64,000 bases of DNA from a plasmid: the sequence record NZ_CP154590.1, one strand, 5' to 3'. Shown here piece after piece: positions 1 through 10,501 of this stretch. Below the pieces are notes generated by a model. The model was given only the letters and a program-made list of their open reading frames with translations. It ran no database searches and was not told where the DNA came from. The position numbers and the translations under genes are program-made. How positions within the stretch are numbered: position 1 is the stretch's first letter; every line of letters starts with the position of its first letter.

Positions 1-2
1 AG

Positions 3-770
<768 letters not shown>

Positions 771-771
771 C

Positions 772-1829
772 TGGTTTTGTTGAATAAATCGAACTTTTGC
801 TGAGTTGAAGGATCAGATCACGTATCTTCCCGACAACGCAGACCGTTCCGTGGCAAAGCAAAAGTTCAAAATCACCAACTGGCCCACCTACAATAAAGCC
901 CTCATCAACCGTGGCTCCATAACTTTCTGGCTGGATGATGAAGCTATTCAGGACTGGTATGAGTCAGCAACACCTTCTTCACGAGGCAGACCTCAGCGCT
1001 ATTCTGACCTTGCCATCACGACTGTGCTGGTCATTAAACGCGTATTCAGGCTGACCCTGCGCGCTGCGCAGGGCTTTATTGATTCCATTTTTTCTCTGAT
1101 GAACGTTCCGCTACGCTGCCCGGATTACAGCTGTGTCAGCAGGCGGGCAAAGTCGGTTAATATCAGTTTCAAAACGCCCACCCGGGGTGAAATCGCACAC
1201 CTGGTAATTGATTCCACCGGGCTGAAGGTCTTCGGTGAAGGCGAGTGGAAAGTCAAAAAGCATGGCCAGGAACGCCGTCGTATATGGCGTAAGCTGCATC
1301 TGGCAGTTGACAGTAAAACACATGAAATCATCTGCGCTGACCTGTCGCTGAACAACGTTACGGACTCAGAGGCCTTCCCCGGGTTAATCCGGCAAACCCA
1401 CCGGAAAATCAGGTCAGCCGCCGCCGATGGAGCTTACGATACCCGGCTCTGTCACGATGAACTGCGGCGTAAGAAAATCAGCGCGCTTATCCCGCCCCGA
1501 AAAGGTGCGGGTTACTGGCCCGGTGAATATGCAGACCGTAACCGTGCAGTGGCTAATCAGCGAATGACCGGGAGTAATGCGCGGTGGAAATGGACAACAG
1601 ATTACAACCGTCGCTCGATAGCGGAAACGGCGATGTACCGGGTAAAACAGCTGTTCGGGGGTTCACTGACGCTGCGTGACTACGATGGTCAGGTTGCGGA
1701 GGCTATGGCCCTGGTACGAGCGCTGAACAAAATGACGAAAGCAGGTATGCCTGAAAGCGTGCGTATTGCCTGAAAACACAACCCGCTACGGGGGAGACTT
1801 ACCCGAAATCTGATTTATTCAACAAAGCC
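772..1829 (+). mobile_element. IS903: IS903-type insertion sequence (IS5 family), about 1058 bp.
   Basis: Terminal inverted repeats GGTTTTGTTGAATAAATCG at 772 and its complement ending at 1829. The internal transposase is 322 aa. Confidence 0.9.
805..1773 (+). CDS. tnpA_IS903: IS903 transposase (IS5 family DDE).
   Basis: 322-aa ORF, MKDQITYLPDNADRSVAKQKFKITNWPTYNKALINRGS..., the classic IS903 Tnp. Confidence 0.9.
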   Translation: MKDQITYLPDNADRSVAKQKFKITNWPTYNKALINRGSITFWLDDEAIQDWYESATPSSRGRPQRYSDLAITTVLVIKRVFRLTLRAAQGFIDSIFSLMNVPLRCPDYSCVSRRAKSVNISFKTPTRGEIAHLVIDSTGLKVFGEGEWKVKKHGQERRRIWRKLHLAVDSKTHEIICADLSLNNVTDSEAFPGLIRQTHRKIRSAAADGAYDTRLCHDELRRKKISALIPPRKGAGYWPGEYADRNRAVANQRMTGSNARWKWTTDYNRRSIAETAMYRVKQLFGGSLTLRDYDGQVAEAMALVRALNKMTKAGMPESVRIA

Positions 1830-2927
1830 ACGCGCTGGACACACCACGATGACAGCGGTTTTATCCCTTACGCCATCACCACCGGCCTTGATTACGAGGC
1901 GATGACCGAACAGCGCAAAGGCTATGAGAACTTTGTTTATCAGAACGGCGTTTACGATCTCGGCACCAAAGGTGATATGCGACGTAACGAACGTAACCTG
2001 ATGTGGAACCTCGATCCCTACATTCAAACGCACTGGCAGCTCACCTCAGCCCTGGGGCTGGACGCCGGGGCGCGCTATAGCTCGGTATGGTTTGATTCCA
2101 ACGATCGTTATGTTGTAGGTAAAAATGGTGATGATAGCGGCGAAGCGAGCTATCACAAGTGGCTTCCGGCGGCAGCGCTGAAGTATGCCATGACGCCGCA
2201 GTGGAACGTTTACCTCTCTGCCGGGAGGGGATTTGAAACGCCGACCATTAACGAGCTGTCCTATCGTCCCGATGGTCAGTCCGGGCTTAACTTTGCTCTG
2301 CAACCGGCCACTAACACCACCGTTGAAGCAGGCAGTAAATGGCAGGTGGGCACCGGGATGGCGAGCCTGAGCGTCTTCAATACGGACACGAAAAATGAAA
2401 TTGTCGTTGCCGCCAGCGACAATGGCCGTACGTCCTATCAGAACGCGGGCAAGACGCGCCGCCGCGGGGTCGAACTGGGATGGGATCAGCAATTTGCGCC
2501 CGCCTGGCGCGCCAAACTGGCGTGGACGCTGCTGGATGCGACCTACCGTGAAAACGCCGGCGATGCTATTCAGAGCGGCAATCGGATCCCGGGGATTGCA
2601 CGTAATAGCGCCTATGCCTCCTTTGGCTGGGTGCCGGAAGAGGGATGGTACGCTGGCGCTGAAGTCCGCTATATGAGCGATATTCAGGTCAACGATGCCA
2701 ATAGCGAGCAGGCTCCAGCCTATACGGTGACGGCACTGAATACCGGCTATAAATATGTGCTAGATAACTGGACCGTCGACCTCTATACGCGCGTTGATAA
2801 CCTGTTTGATAAGCGCTACGTCGGCTCTGTTATCGTCAACGAGAGCAACGGACGCTATTATGAACCGGCGCCGGGCCGTAACTATGGCGTTGGGCTATCG
2901 GTCAGCTATCAGTTTGATTCGCTGTAA
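1830..2927 (+). pseudogene. iroN: 5'-truncated salmochelin/TonB-dependent siderophore receptor (C-terminal beta-barrel part, ends ...SYQFDSL).
   Basis: The frame is open from the IS903 end through the ORF at 1902..2927. The C-terminal TonB-box-less barrel has a terminal aromatic residue. The IS903 plus truncated iroN arrangement is the known tail of ISEcp1-blaCTX-M-14 transposition units. Confidence 0.75.
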
Positions 2928-2929
2928 CA

Positions 2930-3531
2930 ATACGGCTGCCGGAGAGTGCTATTGAGGTGAGGCTCCGGCAGCGGGTAAAGGCGTTGATTCCTGGTAACAA
3001 TAAGCTGCTTATTGATGTATCAGTAAGCATGCCGGCAGCCATTGCGCTTGATATAATACTACCCCATATGAGCAAGAGTATTTTCACGGAAAAGCTAGCA
3101 GCCAATTTCGGCCTCGCGGCCTTCCCGCTTCTCAATTGAGCATATAATTTTTCCGCAGCCAAAACCTGCTCAGGTTCAGGCTTGGTCCTTACAGACTGGT
3201 ATTCAACAATCGAACCATTCTTAGCTATTGGCGTTACATAAGCACTTACCCAATAGTGGTCGCCATTTTTACAGCGATTTTTTACTAGCCCCATCCATGA
3301 GCGGCCAGATTTTAATGTACTCCACATATGCTCAAATGCAGCAGGCGGCATATCTGGGTGTCTTACGATGTTGTGAGGCTGGCCTAATAGTTCTTCCTCA
3401 GTGAAACCACTGATTTTAATGAAGTCAGGATTAACGTACGTGATATGGCTTTGAGGGGAGGTAGTCGAAAGAATATTGGCATCTTTTGGGAGTTCTAAGT
3501 TTCGACCCGTCACTGGTAAATTCTGGCGCAT
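2930..3531 (-). pseudogene. N-terminal PAS-domain part of an aerotaxis/MCP-like gene (Tn1721 orfI-like), truncated distally by the CTX-M-14/IS903/iroN unit.
   Basis: On the minus strand, a PAS-like N-terminus is followed by a hydrophobic helix. It diverges from res/tnpR as in Tn1721. The tail of the ORF overlaps the iroN end and looks like read-through. Confidence 0.45.
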
Positions 3532-3639
3532 AAGAACCTCAAGGGTTGGCTGTTTTATTTTATTGTTTTCGGCATTAAGCCCAATTTCTTGAGCGTTACG
3601 ATAAAGCTAGCATGGAAACGATAGGTGCAAGCAAGTTAA

Positions 3640-3790
3640 GGGTTGCATCGCGCATGTCAATCTAGGCTATACCCTAACTTGGCGTCAGACCATCCGGCGC
3701 TAAATCGTCAGAATAGAGTTGCCTTCCGAATTGATTGACATACGCCGTCAAGGGTCATAGATTTCTTCCTGACACATTTCCCTCAGGAGG
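3640..3790. promoter_or_regulatory. res: Tn1721/Tn21-type res (resolution) site region upstream of tnpR.
   Basis: GCTATACCCTAACT-type subsites similar to the Tn21-family res fragment also seen at 19820-19958. Sits directly 5' of tnpR. Confidence 0.4.
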
Positions 3791-3795
3791 ATACC

Positions 3796-4356
3796 TTGCA
3801 CGGTCAGCGCATCGGTTACGTCCGCGTCAGCAGCTTCGACCAGAACCCAGAACGGCAGCTCGAACAGATCCAGGTGGATAAAGTGTTCACCGACAAGGCG
3901 TCGGGCAAGGACACACGGCGGCCCGAACTGGAACGGCTGCTCGCCTTCGTGCGCGAAGGCGACACGGTCGTGGTGCACAGCATGGATCGTCTGGCGCGCA
4001 ACCTCGACGACCTGCGCCGCCTGGTGCAGGGCCTCACCCAGCGCGGCGTACGCATCGAGTTCCTTAAGGAGCATTTGACCTTCACCGGCGAGGACTCGCC
4101 GATGGCGAACCTGATGCTGTCGGTAATGGGCGCGTTCGCCGAGTTCGAACGCGCCTTGATCCGCGAGCGGCAGCGCGAGGGCATCGCGCTCGCCAAGCAG
4201 CGCGGGGCCTACCGTGGCAGGAAGAAATCCCTGTCGTCTGAGCGTATTGCCGAACTGCGCCAACGTGTCGAGGCTGGCGAGCAAAAGACCAAGCTGGCTC
4301 GTGAATTCGGAATCAGTCGCGAAACCCTGTATCAATACTTGAGAACGGATCAGTAA
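3796..4356 (+). CDS. tnpR: Tn3-family serine resolvase, Tn1721/Tn21 subgroup.
   Basis: 186 aa, [24 protein letters not shown]...[15 protein letters not shown]. Confidence 0.92.
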   Translation: MHGQRIGYVRVSSFDQNPERQLEQIQVDKVFTDKASGKDTRRPELERLLAFVREGDTVVVHSMDRLARNLDDLRRLVQGLTQRGVRIEFLKEHLTFTGEDSPMANLMLSVMGAFAEFERALIRERQREGIALAKQRGAYRGRKKSLSSERIAELRQRVEAGEQKTKLAREFGISRETLYQYLRTDQ

Positions 4357-4358
4357 AT

Positions 4359-4460
4359 ATGCCACGTCGTTCAATCCTGTCCGCCGCCGAGCGCGAAAGC
4401 CTGCTGGCGTTGCCGGACACCAAGGATGAGTTGATCCGTCACTACACGTTCAGCGAAACC
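4359..4460 (+). pseudogene. tnpA: First 34 codons of a Tn1721-like tnpA ([33 protein letters not shown]), cut by IS26.
   Basis: The N-terminus matches Tn21/Tn1721 TnpA. The IS26 inverted repeat GGCACTGTTGCAAA begins at 4461. Confidence 0.85.
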
Positions 4461-5280
4461 GGCACTGTTGCAAAGTTAGCGATGAGGCAGCCTTTTGTCT
4501 TATTCAAAGGCCTTACATTTCAAAAACTCTGCTTACCAGGCGCATTTCGCCCAGGGGATCACCATAATAAAATGCTGAGGCCTGGCCTTTGCGTAGTGCA
4601 CGCATCACCTCAATACCTTTGATGGTGGCGTAAGCCGTCTTCATGGATTTAAATCCCAGCGTGGCGCCGATTATCCGTTTCAGTTTGCCATGATCGCATT
4701 CAATCACGTTGTTCCGGTACTTAATCTGTCGGTGTTCAACGTCAGACGGGCACCGGCCTTCGCGTTTGAGCAGAGCAAGCGCGCGACCATAGGCGGGCGC
4801 TTTATCCGTGTTGATGAATCGCGGGATCTGCCACTTCTTCACGTTGTTGAGGATTTTACCCAGAAACCGGTATGCAGCTTTGCTGTTACGACGGGAGGAG
4901 AGATAAAAATCGACAGTGCGGCCCCGGCTGTCGACGGCCCGGTACAGATACGCCCAGCGGCCATTGACCTTCACGTAGGTTTCATCCATGTGCCACGGGC
5001 AAAGATCGGAAGGGTTACGCCAGTACCAGCGCAGCCGTTTTTCCATTTCAGGCGCATAACGCTGAACCCAGCGGTAAATCGTGGAGTGATCGACATTCAC
5101 TCCGCGTTCAGCCAGCATCTCCTGCAGCTCACGGTAACTGATGCCGTATTTGCAGTACCAGCGTACGGCCCACAGAATGATGTCACGCTGAAAATGCCGG
5201 CCTTTGAATGGGTTCATGTGCAGCTCCATCAGCAAAAGGGGATGATAAGTTTATCACCACCGACTATTTGCAACAGTGCC
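4461..5280 (-). mobile_element. IS26: IS26 (copy 1, 820 bp).
   Basis: 14-bp terminal inverted repeats GGCACTGTTGCAAA and TTTGCAACAGTGCC at exactly 820 bp spacing. Identical to copies 2 and 3. Confidence 0.95.
4513..5217 (-). CDS. tnp26: IS26 transposase Tnp26 (234 aa from [10 protein letters not shown]).
   Basis: Exact IS6-family Tnp26 sequence. Confidence 0.95.
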   Translation of the reverse strand: MNPFKGRHFQRDIILWAVRWYCKYGISYRELQEMLAERGVNVDHSTIYRWVQRYAPEMEKRLRWYWRNPSDLCPWHMDETYVKVNGRWAYLYRAVDSRGRTVDFYLSSRRNSKAAYRFLGKILNNVKKWQIPRFINTDKAPAYGRALALLKREGRCPSDVEHRQIKYRNNVIECDHGKLKRIIGATLGFKSMKTAYATIKGIEVMRALRKGQASAFYYGDPLGEMRLVSRVFEM

Positions 5281-5962
5281 GCCAGGAATGCCCGGCGCGC
5301 GGATACTTCCGCTCAAGGGCGTCGGGAAGCGCAACGCCGCTGCGGCCCTCGGCCTGGTCCTTCAGCCACCATGCCCGTGCACGCGACAGCTGCTCGCGCA
5401 GGCTGGGTGCCAAGCTCTCGGGTAACATCAAGGCCCGATCCTTGGAGCCCTTGCCCTCCCGCACGATGATCGTGCCGTGATCGAAATCCAGATCCTTGAC
5501 CCGCAGTTGCAAACCCTCACTGATCCGCATGCCCGTTCCATACAGAAGCTGGGCGAACAAACGATGCTCGCCTTCCAGAAAACCGAGGATGCGAACCACT
5601 TCATCCGGGGTCAGCACCACCGGCAAGCGCCGCGACGGCCGAGGTCTTCCGATCTCCTGAAGCCAGGGCAGATCCGTGCACAGCACCTTGCCGTAGAAGA
5701 ACAGCAAGGCCGCCAATGCCTGACGATGCGTGGAGACCGAAACCTTGCGCTCGTTCGCCAGCCAGGACAGAAATGCCTCGACTTCGCTGCTGCCCAAGGT
5801 TGCCGGGTGACGCACACCGTGGAAACGGATGAAGGCACGAACCCAGTGGACATAAGCCTGTTCGGTTCGTAAACTGTAATGCAAGTAGCGTATGCGCTCA
5901 CGCAACTGGTCCAGAACCTTGACCGAACGCAGCGGTGGTAACGGCGCAGTGGCGGTTTTCAT
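5281..5962 (-). pseudogene. intI1: Class 1 integron integrase intI1, lacking its 3' end (about 225 of 337 codons kept), truncated by IS26.
   Basis: [49 protein letters not shown]... The ORF then runs into IS26. Confidence 0.9.
5847..5875 (+). promoter_or_regulatory. Pc: Integron cassette promoter Pc, hybrid PcH1 type (-35 TGGACA, 17-bp spacer, -10 TAAACT). P2 is inactive (TTGTTA-14 bp-TACAGT).
   Basis: Read directly in the intI1 5' region on the cassette strand. Confidence 0.6.
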
Positions 5963-6211
5963 GGCTTGTTATGACTGTTTTTTTGTACAGTCTATGCCTC
6001 GGGCATCCAAGCAGCAAGCGCGTTACGCCGTGGGTCGATGTTTGATGTTATGGAGCAGCAACGATGTTACGCAGCAGGGCAGTCGCCCTAAAACAAAGTT
6101 AGATGCACTAAGCACATAATTGCTCACAGCCAAACTATCAGGTCAAGTCTGCTTTTATTATTTTTAAGCGTGCATAATAAGCCCTACACAAATTGGGAGT
6201 TAGACATCATG

Positions 6212-6808
6212 AGCAACGCAAAAACAAAGTTAGGCATCACAAAGTACAGCATCGTGACCAACAGCAACGATTCCGTCACACTGCGCCTCATGACTGAGCA
6301 TGACCTTGCGATGCTCTATGAGTGGCTAAATCGATCTCATATCGTCGAGTGGTGGGGCGGAGAAGAAGCACGCCCGACACTTGCTGACGTACAGGAACAG
6401 TACTTGCCAAGCGTTTTAGCGCAAGAGTCCGTCACTCCATACATTGCAATGCTGAATGGAGAGCCGATTGGGTATGCCCAGTCGTACGTTGCTCTTGGAA
6501 GCGGGGACGGACGGTGGGAAGAAGAAACCGATCCAGGAGTACGCGGAATAGACCAGTTACTGGCGAATGCATCACAACTGGGCAAAGGCTTGGGAACCAA
6601 GCTGGTTCGAGCTCTGGTTGAGTTGCTGTTCAATGATCCCGAGGTCACCAAGATCCAAACGGACCCGTCGCCGAGCAACTTGCGAGCGATCCGATGCTAC
6701 GAGAAAGCGGGGTTTGAGAGGCAAGGTACCGTAACCACCCCATATGGTCCAGCCGTGTACATGGTTCAAACACGCCAGGCATTCGAGCGAACACGCAGTG
6801 ATGCCTAA
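6212..6808 (+). CDS. aac(6')-Ib-cr: Aminoglycoside 6'-N-acetyltransferase, cr variant (Trp102Arg: ...[10 protein letters not shown]; Asp179Tyr: ...[10 protein letters not shown]).
   Basis: Cassette 1 of the array. The longest ORF starts at 6170 and the conventional start is MSNAKTKLG. Both cr-defining substitutions are present. Confidence 0.88.
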   Translation, partial: SNAKTKLGITKYSIVTNSNDSVTLRLMTEHDLAMLYEWLNRSHIVEWWGGEEARPTLADVQEQYLPSVLAQESVTPYIAMLNGEPIGYAQSYVALGSGDGRWEEETDPGVRGIDQLLANASQLGKGLGTKLVRALVELLFNDPEVTKIQTDPSPSNLRAIRCYEKAGFERQGTVTTPYGPAVYMVQTRQAFERTRSDA

Positions 6809-6938
6809 CCCTTCCATCGAGGGGGACGTCCAAGGGCTGGCGCCCTTGGCCGCCCCTCATGTCAAACGTTGGGCGAACCCGGAGCCTCATTAATTGTTAG
6901 CCGTTAAAATTAAGCCCTTTACCAAACCAATACTTATT

Positions 6939-7769
6939 ATGAAAAACACAATACATATCAACTTCGCTATTTTTTTAATAATTGCAAATATTATCTACAG
7001 CAGCGCCAGTGCATCAACAGATATCTCTACTGTTGCATCTCCATTATTTGAAGGAACTGAAGGTTGTTTTTTACTTTACGATGCATCCACAAACGCTGAA
7101 ATTGCTCAATTCAATAAAGCAAAGTGTGCAACGCAAATGGCACCAGATTCAACTTTCAAGATCGCATTATCACTTATGGCATTTGATGCGGAAATAATAG
7201 ATCAGAAAACCATATTCAAATGGGATAAAACCCCCAAAGGAATGGAGATCTGGAACAGCAATCATACACCAAAGACGTGGATGCAATTTTCTGTTGTTTG
7301 GGTTTCGCAAGAAATAACCCAAAAAATTGGATTAAATAAAATCAAGAATTATCTCAAAGATTTTGATTATGGAAATCAAGACTTCTCTGGAGATAAAGAA
7401 AGAAACAACGGATTAACAGAAGCATGGCTCGAAAGTAGCTTAAAAATTTCACCAGAAGAACAAATTCAATTCCTGCGTAAAATTATTAATCACAATCTCC
7501 CAGTTAAAAACTCAGCCATAGAAAACACCATAGAGAACATGTATCTACAAGATCTGGATAATAGTACAAAACTGTATGGGAAAACTGGTGCAGGATTCAC
7601 AGCAAATAGAACCTTACAAAACGGATGGTTTGAAGGGTTTATTATAAGCAAATCAGGACATAAATATGTTTTTGTGTCCGCACTTACAGGAAACTTGGGG
7701 TCGAATTTAACATCAAGCATAAAAGCCAAGAAAAATGCGATCACCATTCTAAACACACTAAATTTATAA
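6939..7769 (+). CDS. blaOXA-1: OXA-1 class D beta-lactamase (276 aa, MKNTIHINFAIF...).
   Basis: Exact OXA-1-like sequence. Cassette 2. Confidence 0.95.
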   Translation: MKNTIHINFAIFLIIANIIYSSASASTDISTVASPLFEGTEGCFLLYDASTNAEIAQFNKAKCATQMAPDSTFKIALSLMAFDAEIIDQKTIFKWDKTPKGMEIWNSNHTPKTWMQFSVVWVSQEITQKIGLNKIKNYLKDFDYGNQDFSGDKERNNGLTEAWLESSLKISPEEQIQFLRKIINHNLPVKNSAIENTIENMYLQDLDNSTKLYGKTGAGFTANRTLQNGWFEGFIISKSGHKYVFVSALTGNLGSNLTSSIKAKKNAITILNTLNL

Positions 7770-7906
7770 AAAATCTAATGGCAAAATCGCCCAACCCTTC
7801 AATCAAGTCGGGACGGCCAAAAGCAAGCTTTTGGCTCCCCTCGCTGGCGCTCGGCGCCCCTTATTTCAAACGTTAGACGGCAAAGTCACAGACCGCGGGA
7901 TCTCTT

Positions 7907-8539
7907 ATGACCAACTACTTTGATAGCCCCTTCAAAGGCAAGCTGCTTTCTGAGCAAGTGAAGAACCCCAATATCAAAGTTGGGCGGTACAGCTATTACT
8001 CTGGCTACTATCATGGGCACTCATTCGATGACTGCGCACGGTATCTGTTTCCGGACCGTGATGACGTTGATAAGTTGATCATCGGTAGTTTCTGCTCTAT
8101 CGGGAGTGGGGCTTCCTTTATCATGGCTGGCAATCAGGGGCATCGGTACGACTGGGCATCATCTTTCCCGTTCTTTTATATGCAGGAAGAACCTGCATTC
8201 TCAAGCGCACTCGATGCCTTCCAAAAAGCAGGTAATACTGTCATTGGCAATGACGTTTGGATCGGCTCTGAGGCAATGGTCATGCCCGGAATCAAGATCG
8301 GGCACGGTGCGGTGATAGGCAGCCGCTCGTTGGTGACAAAAGATGTGGAGCCTTACGCTATCGTTGGCGGCAATCCCGCTAAGAAGATTAAGAAACGCTT
8401 CACCGATGAGGAAATTTCATTGCTTCTGGAGATGGAGTGGTGGAATTGGTCACTGGAGAAGATCAAAGCGGCAATGCCCATGCTGTGCTCGTCTAATATT
8501 GTTGGCCTGCACAAGTATTGGCTCGAGTTTGCCGTCTAA
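7907..8539 (+). CDS. catB3: Xenobiotic (hexapeptide) chloramphenicol acetyltransferase CatB3, full length (210 aa).
   Basis: [46 protein letters not shown]... Cassette 3. Confidence 0.9.
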   Translation: MTNYFDSPFKGKLLSEQVKNPNIKVGRYSYYSGYYHGHSFDDCARYLFPDRDDVDKLIIGSFCSIGSGASFIMAGNQGHRYDWASSFPFFYMQEEPAFSSALDAFQKAGNTVIGNDVWIGSEAMVMPGIKIGHGAVIGSRSLVTKDVEPYAIVGGNPAKKIKKRFTDEEISLLLEMEWWNWSLEKIKAAMPMLCSSNIVGLHKYWLEFAV

Positions 8540-8623
8540 CAATTCAATCAAGCCGATGCCGCTTCGCGGCACGGCTTATTTCAGGCGTTATGCAGCCAAA
8601 TCCCAACAATTAAGGGTCTTAAA

Positions 8624-9076
8624 ATGGTAAAAGATTGGATTCCCATCTCTCATGATAATTACAAGCAGGTGCAAGGACCGTTCTATCATGGAACCAAAGC
8701 CAATTTGGCGATTGGTGACTTGCTAACCACAGGGTTCATCTCTCATTTCGAGGACGGTCGTATTCTTAAGCACATCTACTTTTCAGCCTTGATGGAGCCA
8801 GCAGTTTGGGGAGCTGAACTTGCTATGTCACTGTCTGGCCTCGAGGGTCGCGGCTACATATACATAGTTGAGCCAACAGGACCGTTCGAAGACGATCCGA
8901 ATCTTACGAACAAAAGATTTCCCGGTAATCCAACACAGTCCTATAGAACCTGCGAACCCTTGAGAATTGTTGGCGTTGTTGAAGACTGGGAGGGGCATCC
9001 TGTTGAATTAATAAGGGGAATGTTGGATTCGTTGGAGGACTTAAAGCGCCGTGGTTTACACGTCATTGAAGACTAG
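8624..9076 (+). CDS. arr-3: Rifampin ADP-ribosyltransferase Arr-3 (150 aa).
   Basis: MVKDWIPISHDNYKQVQGPFYHGTKANLAIGDLLTTGF... Cassette 4, followed by attC and the 3'-CS core GTTAGAT at about 9186. Confidence 0.9.
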   Translation: MVKDWIPISHDNYKQVQGPFYHGTKANLAIGDLLTTGFISHFEDGRILKHIYFSALMEPAVWGAELAMSLSGLEGRGYIYIVEPTGPFEDDPNLTNKRFPGNPTQSYRTCEPLRIVGVVEDWEGHPVELIRGMLDSLEDLKRRGLHVIED

Positions 9077-9298
9077 TCCTTTGCATAACAAAGCCATCAA
9101 ACCGGACGCCAGAGATTCCGCGCCTGTTGCGCATGGCTTCGCCATTTTATGCGCAATAGGCGCGCCACCCTGTCGCCGTTTATGGCGGCGTTAGATGCAC
9201 TAAGCACATAATTGCTCACAGCCAAACTATCAGGTCAAGTCTGCTTTTATTATTTTTAAGCGTGCATAATAAGCCCTACACAAATTGGGAGATATATC

Positions 9299-9646
9299 AT
9301 GAAAGGCTGGCTTTTTCTTGTTATCGCAATAGTTGGCGAAGTAATCGCAACATCCGCATTAAAATCTAGCGAGGGCTTTACTAAGCTTGCCCCTTCCGCC
9401 GTTGTCATAATCGGTTATGGCATCGCATTTTATTTTCTTTCTCTGGTTCTGAAATCCATCCCTGTCGGTGTTGCTTATGCAGTCTGGTCGGGACTCGGCG
9501 TCGTCATAATTACAGCCATTGCCTGGTTGCTTCATGGGCAAAAGCTTGATGCGTGGGGCTTTGTAGGTATGGGGCTCATAATTGCTGCCTTTTTGCTCGC
9601 CCGATCCCCATCGTGGAAGTCGCTGCGGAGGCCGACGCCATGGTGA
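9299..9646 (+). CDS. qacEdelta1: Truncated small multidrug resistance efflux protein of the integron 3'-conserved segment (3'-CS).
   Basis: 115 aa, [30 protein letters not shown]... It overlaps the sul1 start. Confidence 0.92.
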   Translation: MKGWLFLVIAIVGEVIATSALKSSEGFTKLAPSAVVIIGYGIAFYFLSLVLKSIPVGVAYAVWSGLGVVIITAIAWLLHGQKLDAWGFVGMGLIIAAFLLARSPSWKSLRRPTPW

Positions 9647-10501
9647 CGGTGTTCGGCATTCTGAATCTCACCGAGGACTCCTTCTTCGATGAGAGCCGGC
9701 GGCTAGACCCCGCCGGCGCTGTCACCGCGGCGATCGAAATGCTGCGAGTCGGATCAGACGTCGTGGATGTCGGACCGGCCGCCAGCCATCCGGACGCGAG
9801 GCCTGTATCGCCGGCCGATGAGATCAGACGTATTGCGCCGCTCTTAGACGCCCTGTCCGATCAGATGCACCGTGTTTCAATCGACAGCTTCCAACCGGAA
9901 ACCCAGCGCTATGCGCTCAAGCGCGGCGTGGGCTACCTGAACGATATCCAAGGATTTCCTGACCCTGCGCTCTATCCCGATATTGCTGAGGCGGACTGCA
10001 GGCTGGTGGTTATGCACTCAGCGCAGCGGGATGGCATCGCCACCCGCACCGGTCACCTTCGACCCGAAGACGCGCTCGACGAGATTGTGCGGTTCTTCGA
10101 GGCGCGGGTTTCCGCCTTGCGACGGAGCGGGGTCGCTGCCGACCGGCTCATCCTCGATCCGGGGATGGGATTTTTCTTGAGCCCCGCACCGGAAACATCG
10201 CTGCACGTGCTGTCGAACCTTCAAAAGCTGAAGTCGGCGTTGGGGCTTCCGCTATTGGTCTCGGTGTCGCGGAAATCCTTCTTGGGCGCCACCGTTGGCC
10301 TTCCTGTAAAGGATCTGGGTCCAGCGAGCCTTGCGGCGGAACTTCACGCGATCGGCAATGGCGCTGACTACGTCCGCACCCACGCGCCTGGAGATCTGCG
10401 AAGCGCAATCACCTTCTCGGAAACCCTCGCGAAATTTCGCAGTCGCGACGCCAGAGACCGAGGGTTAGATCATGCCTAGCATTCACCTTCCGGCCGCCCG
10501 C
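9368..10501 (+). repeat. Direct duplication of the 3'-CS (partial qacEdelta1 plus sul1). The second copy is at 15361-16494, flanking the ISCR1 region.
   Basis: The two stretches read identically, including embedded spurious ORFs. Confidence 0.9.
9640..10479 (+). CDS. sul1: Sulfonamide-resistant dihydropteroate synthase Sul1 (279 aa from [10 protein letters not shown]).
   Basis: Exact sul1. Copy 1. Confidence 0.95.
   Translation: MVTVFGILNLTEDSFFDESRRLDPAGAVTAAIEMLRVGSDVVDVGPAASHPDARPVSPADEIRRIAPLLDALSDQMHRVSIDSFQPETQRYALKRGVGYLNDIQGFPDPALYPDIAEADCRLVVMHSAQRDGIATRTGHLRPEDALDEIVRFFEARVSALRRSGVAADRLILDPGMGFFLSPAPETSLHVLSNLQKLKSALGLPLLVSVSRKSFLGATVGLPVKDLGPASLAAELHAIGNGADYVRTHAPGDLRSAITFSETLAKFRSRDARDRGLDHA

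Noticed and set aside
4690-5469. 259-aa ORF antisense to the IS26 transposase. It appears again at 23326 and 26643.
   Set aside because: It lies entirely within IS26 on the opposite strand. It is a known spurious frame of this high-identity repeat, and Tnp26 accounts for the element.
9983-10408. Short ORFs inside and antisense to sul1, duplicated at 15973-16398.
   Set aside because: They are embedded in the sul1 coding sequence and explained by the 3'-CS duplication.
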